A DNA stretch of 64,000 bases from Patellaria atrata CBS 101060 (lineage: Eukaryota), in the NCBI GenBank assembly GCA_010093705.1, contig MU006092.1, positions 1,320,350 to 1,384,349 of the forward strand, written 5' to 3'. The position numbers and the translations under genes are program-made. Within the stretch, counting starts at the first letter, position 1, and each line of letters begins with the position of its first letter. Below, one piece after another: positions 62,586 to 64,000 of the stretch. A model generated the notes under the pieces. The model was not told the origin of the DNA, searched no databases, and worked only from the letters and a program-made list of their open reading frames with translations.

Positions 62586-64000
62586 AAAAAAAAAAATCTT
62601 TTGAATATCTTTTGTATATCTTTTGTGATACGGTAACAATCCTCAGCAGGAAGATGTGCACGCGACATGGTTCCATTTCAGGAGGTGGAAATTTGAGCGT
62701 GTGCTCAATTTCCCAATTTTCTCTTGGTGCACAATCTCTCATCTCGGAAGGCTCGATCGCGTAGAATAGGGGGTAACGCTCTGTTGGAACCCAACTGGGA
62801 AGCGATCGCCACCAAACCGATGAAGGCGGTAGGATATCAAGCCTTGAGAGGTTGACTTTGCTTCTCACCGCCTACAAAGGCTGTTGGTAAATGGTGCCCA
62901 GGAATCAAGCCCGTTGCGCCCAGAGAGATCCCGACGTAATGGCGCCTGGACCCTGCTCCGCCCGAAACTTCGTTGTACACTTGTGCTTTCTGCCGGTCTT
63001 ATCTGAGGGGAGAAGAGAGAATAGACGGGAGTTTTATGCTCACCAAGTACCTACAACGTTCCTAAAAGTAACTCATAAAAATACTTTCGTCTTAACAGGT
63101 AAGTGTTTTGTTTGAATTTGGTAAAGAGCAAGGTACTTTTCAACTTAGTAATGACGTCCATTACAATTGTCTTAGAATGTTCTACCGTCCGACTAGCACG
63201 AAGAAGTTGTTTTCTTGTTTAGTCAATACGAATGATGGTTCAAGGGACGAGGTCTCACATGTACACCTCAGACTTGACTGTACTTGTCCCTTATGAACCA
63301 ACTGACTGGACTCCGGAACCCATTATACGTTAAACAATCGACTTTGTACTGTACTGTACGGGACCTCGAGTACAATACCATTGATTTAACCCGGGCTCTT
63401 ACCTTAGCATTGGTGCTAGAGATATTTTCTCATGCACACGTATTGTACGCAGTAACTTAGAGGTATGGACATTGATATTGCCTTACCATTTGGATTCGGA
63501 TATGCCGGGTGGAAGCAAGCGAGAAAAATTCGGACAGAGGCGATGTTCAAAGACGTCTATATGGCGGCTGGTTCCTGTCATCAGATACCTGAAAGATGGT
63601 TCAGTCAATCAAATCCCCGAACTGAAAGATACGTCTCTCATGGTGAGGGAAAGAGATCGGGGTTACTTGGTGGGAGATTCACCTCAGCATTATGGTATCC
63701 AATGGCAACACATACGCCTTACCTTAGGAAAATACGGATGGGATTCCTACCTACTTTGATATCACTGGATGTGCTTTCTATATAGACATTGTAAACAACC
63801 CTCATTCTCTTTCTGAATACCTTGCTGTAGTCATATATAAGGTGATGATATACTTTACAGTACTTCCTCAAATCCATTTACATCCCAACAACAGCATTCC
63901 ACTTTATCATATCCAGCGACCGTATACTTGTATACACACTCAGTCAAGCATTTGGAGAGCACCTAATCGATAAAACTCGAAAAGAATGACCCTTCATTCG

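Noticed and set aside
62391..63785. ORFs around the last gap and at 63465-63785
   Set aside because: No motifs and partly gap-derived. An ATG at ~63986 after TATATAA (~63834) could begin a gene beyond the window but cannot be supported.
1..64000. tRNA, rRNA, CRISPR arrays, TPP riboswitch
   Set aside because: No cloverleaf with A/B boxes, rRNA signature, repeat-spacer array or TPP consensus was seen by eye. tRNAscan-SE and Infernal would be needed to exclude them formally.

Overview
A 64-kb window from a filamentous ascomycete (Pezizomycotina-type) genome. It has short GT-AG introns with CTAAC/CTGAC branch sites, RIP-like mutation signatures and three N-gaps. Intact-looking genes: class I CPD photolyase, an F-box-like protein with predicted TM segments, an M28B glutamate carboxypeptidase II/Vps70-Tre-type peptidase, two MFS transporters, an Osh6/7-type oxysterol-binding protein, an AA9 LPMO, three Zn2Cys6 transcription factors, an S28 serine peptidase, a secreted tyrosinase-like di-copper protein, a PTH11-like membrane protein and a LicD/Mnn4-type phosphotransferase. 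Accessory content lies mainly at ~7.8-13.4 kb and ~20.3-28 kb. It includes a RIP-inactivated pogo/Fot1 transposon with perfect 41-bp TIRs and TA target duplication. That transposon sits between two head-to-head, degenerate paralogues of an orphan gene family I do not recognise; they share both intron positions and a 45-nt second exon, and the ORF track shows only fragments of them. There is also a ~650-nt non-coding fold-back element with nested perfect helices (candidate structured ncRNA). All family calls are from motif recognition by eye; no searches were run.
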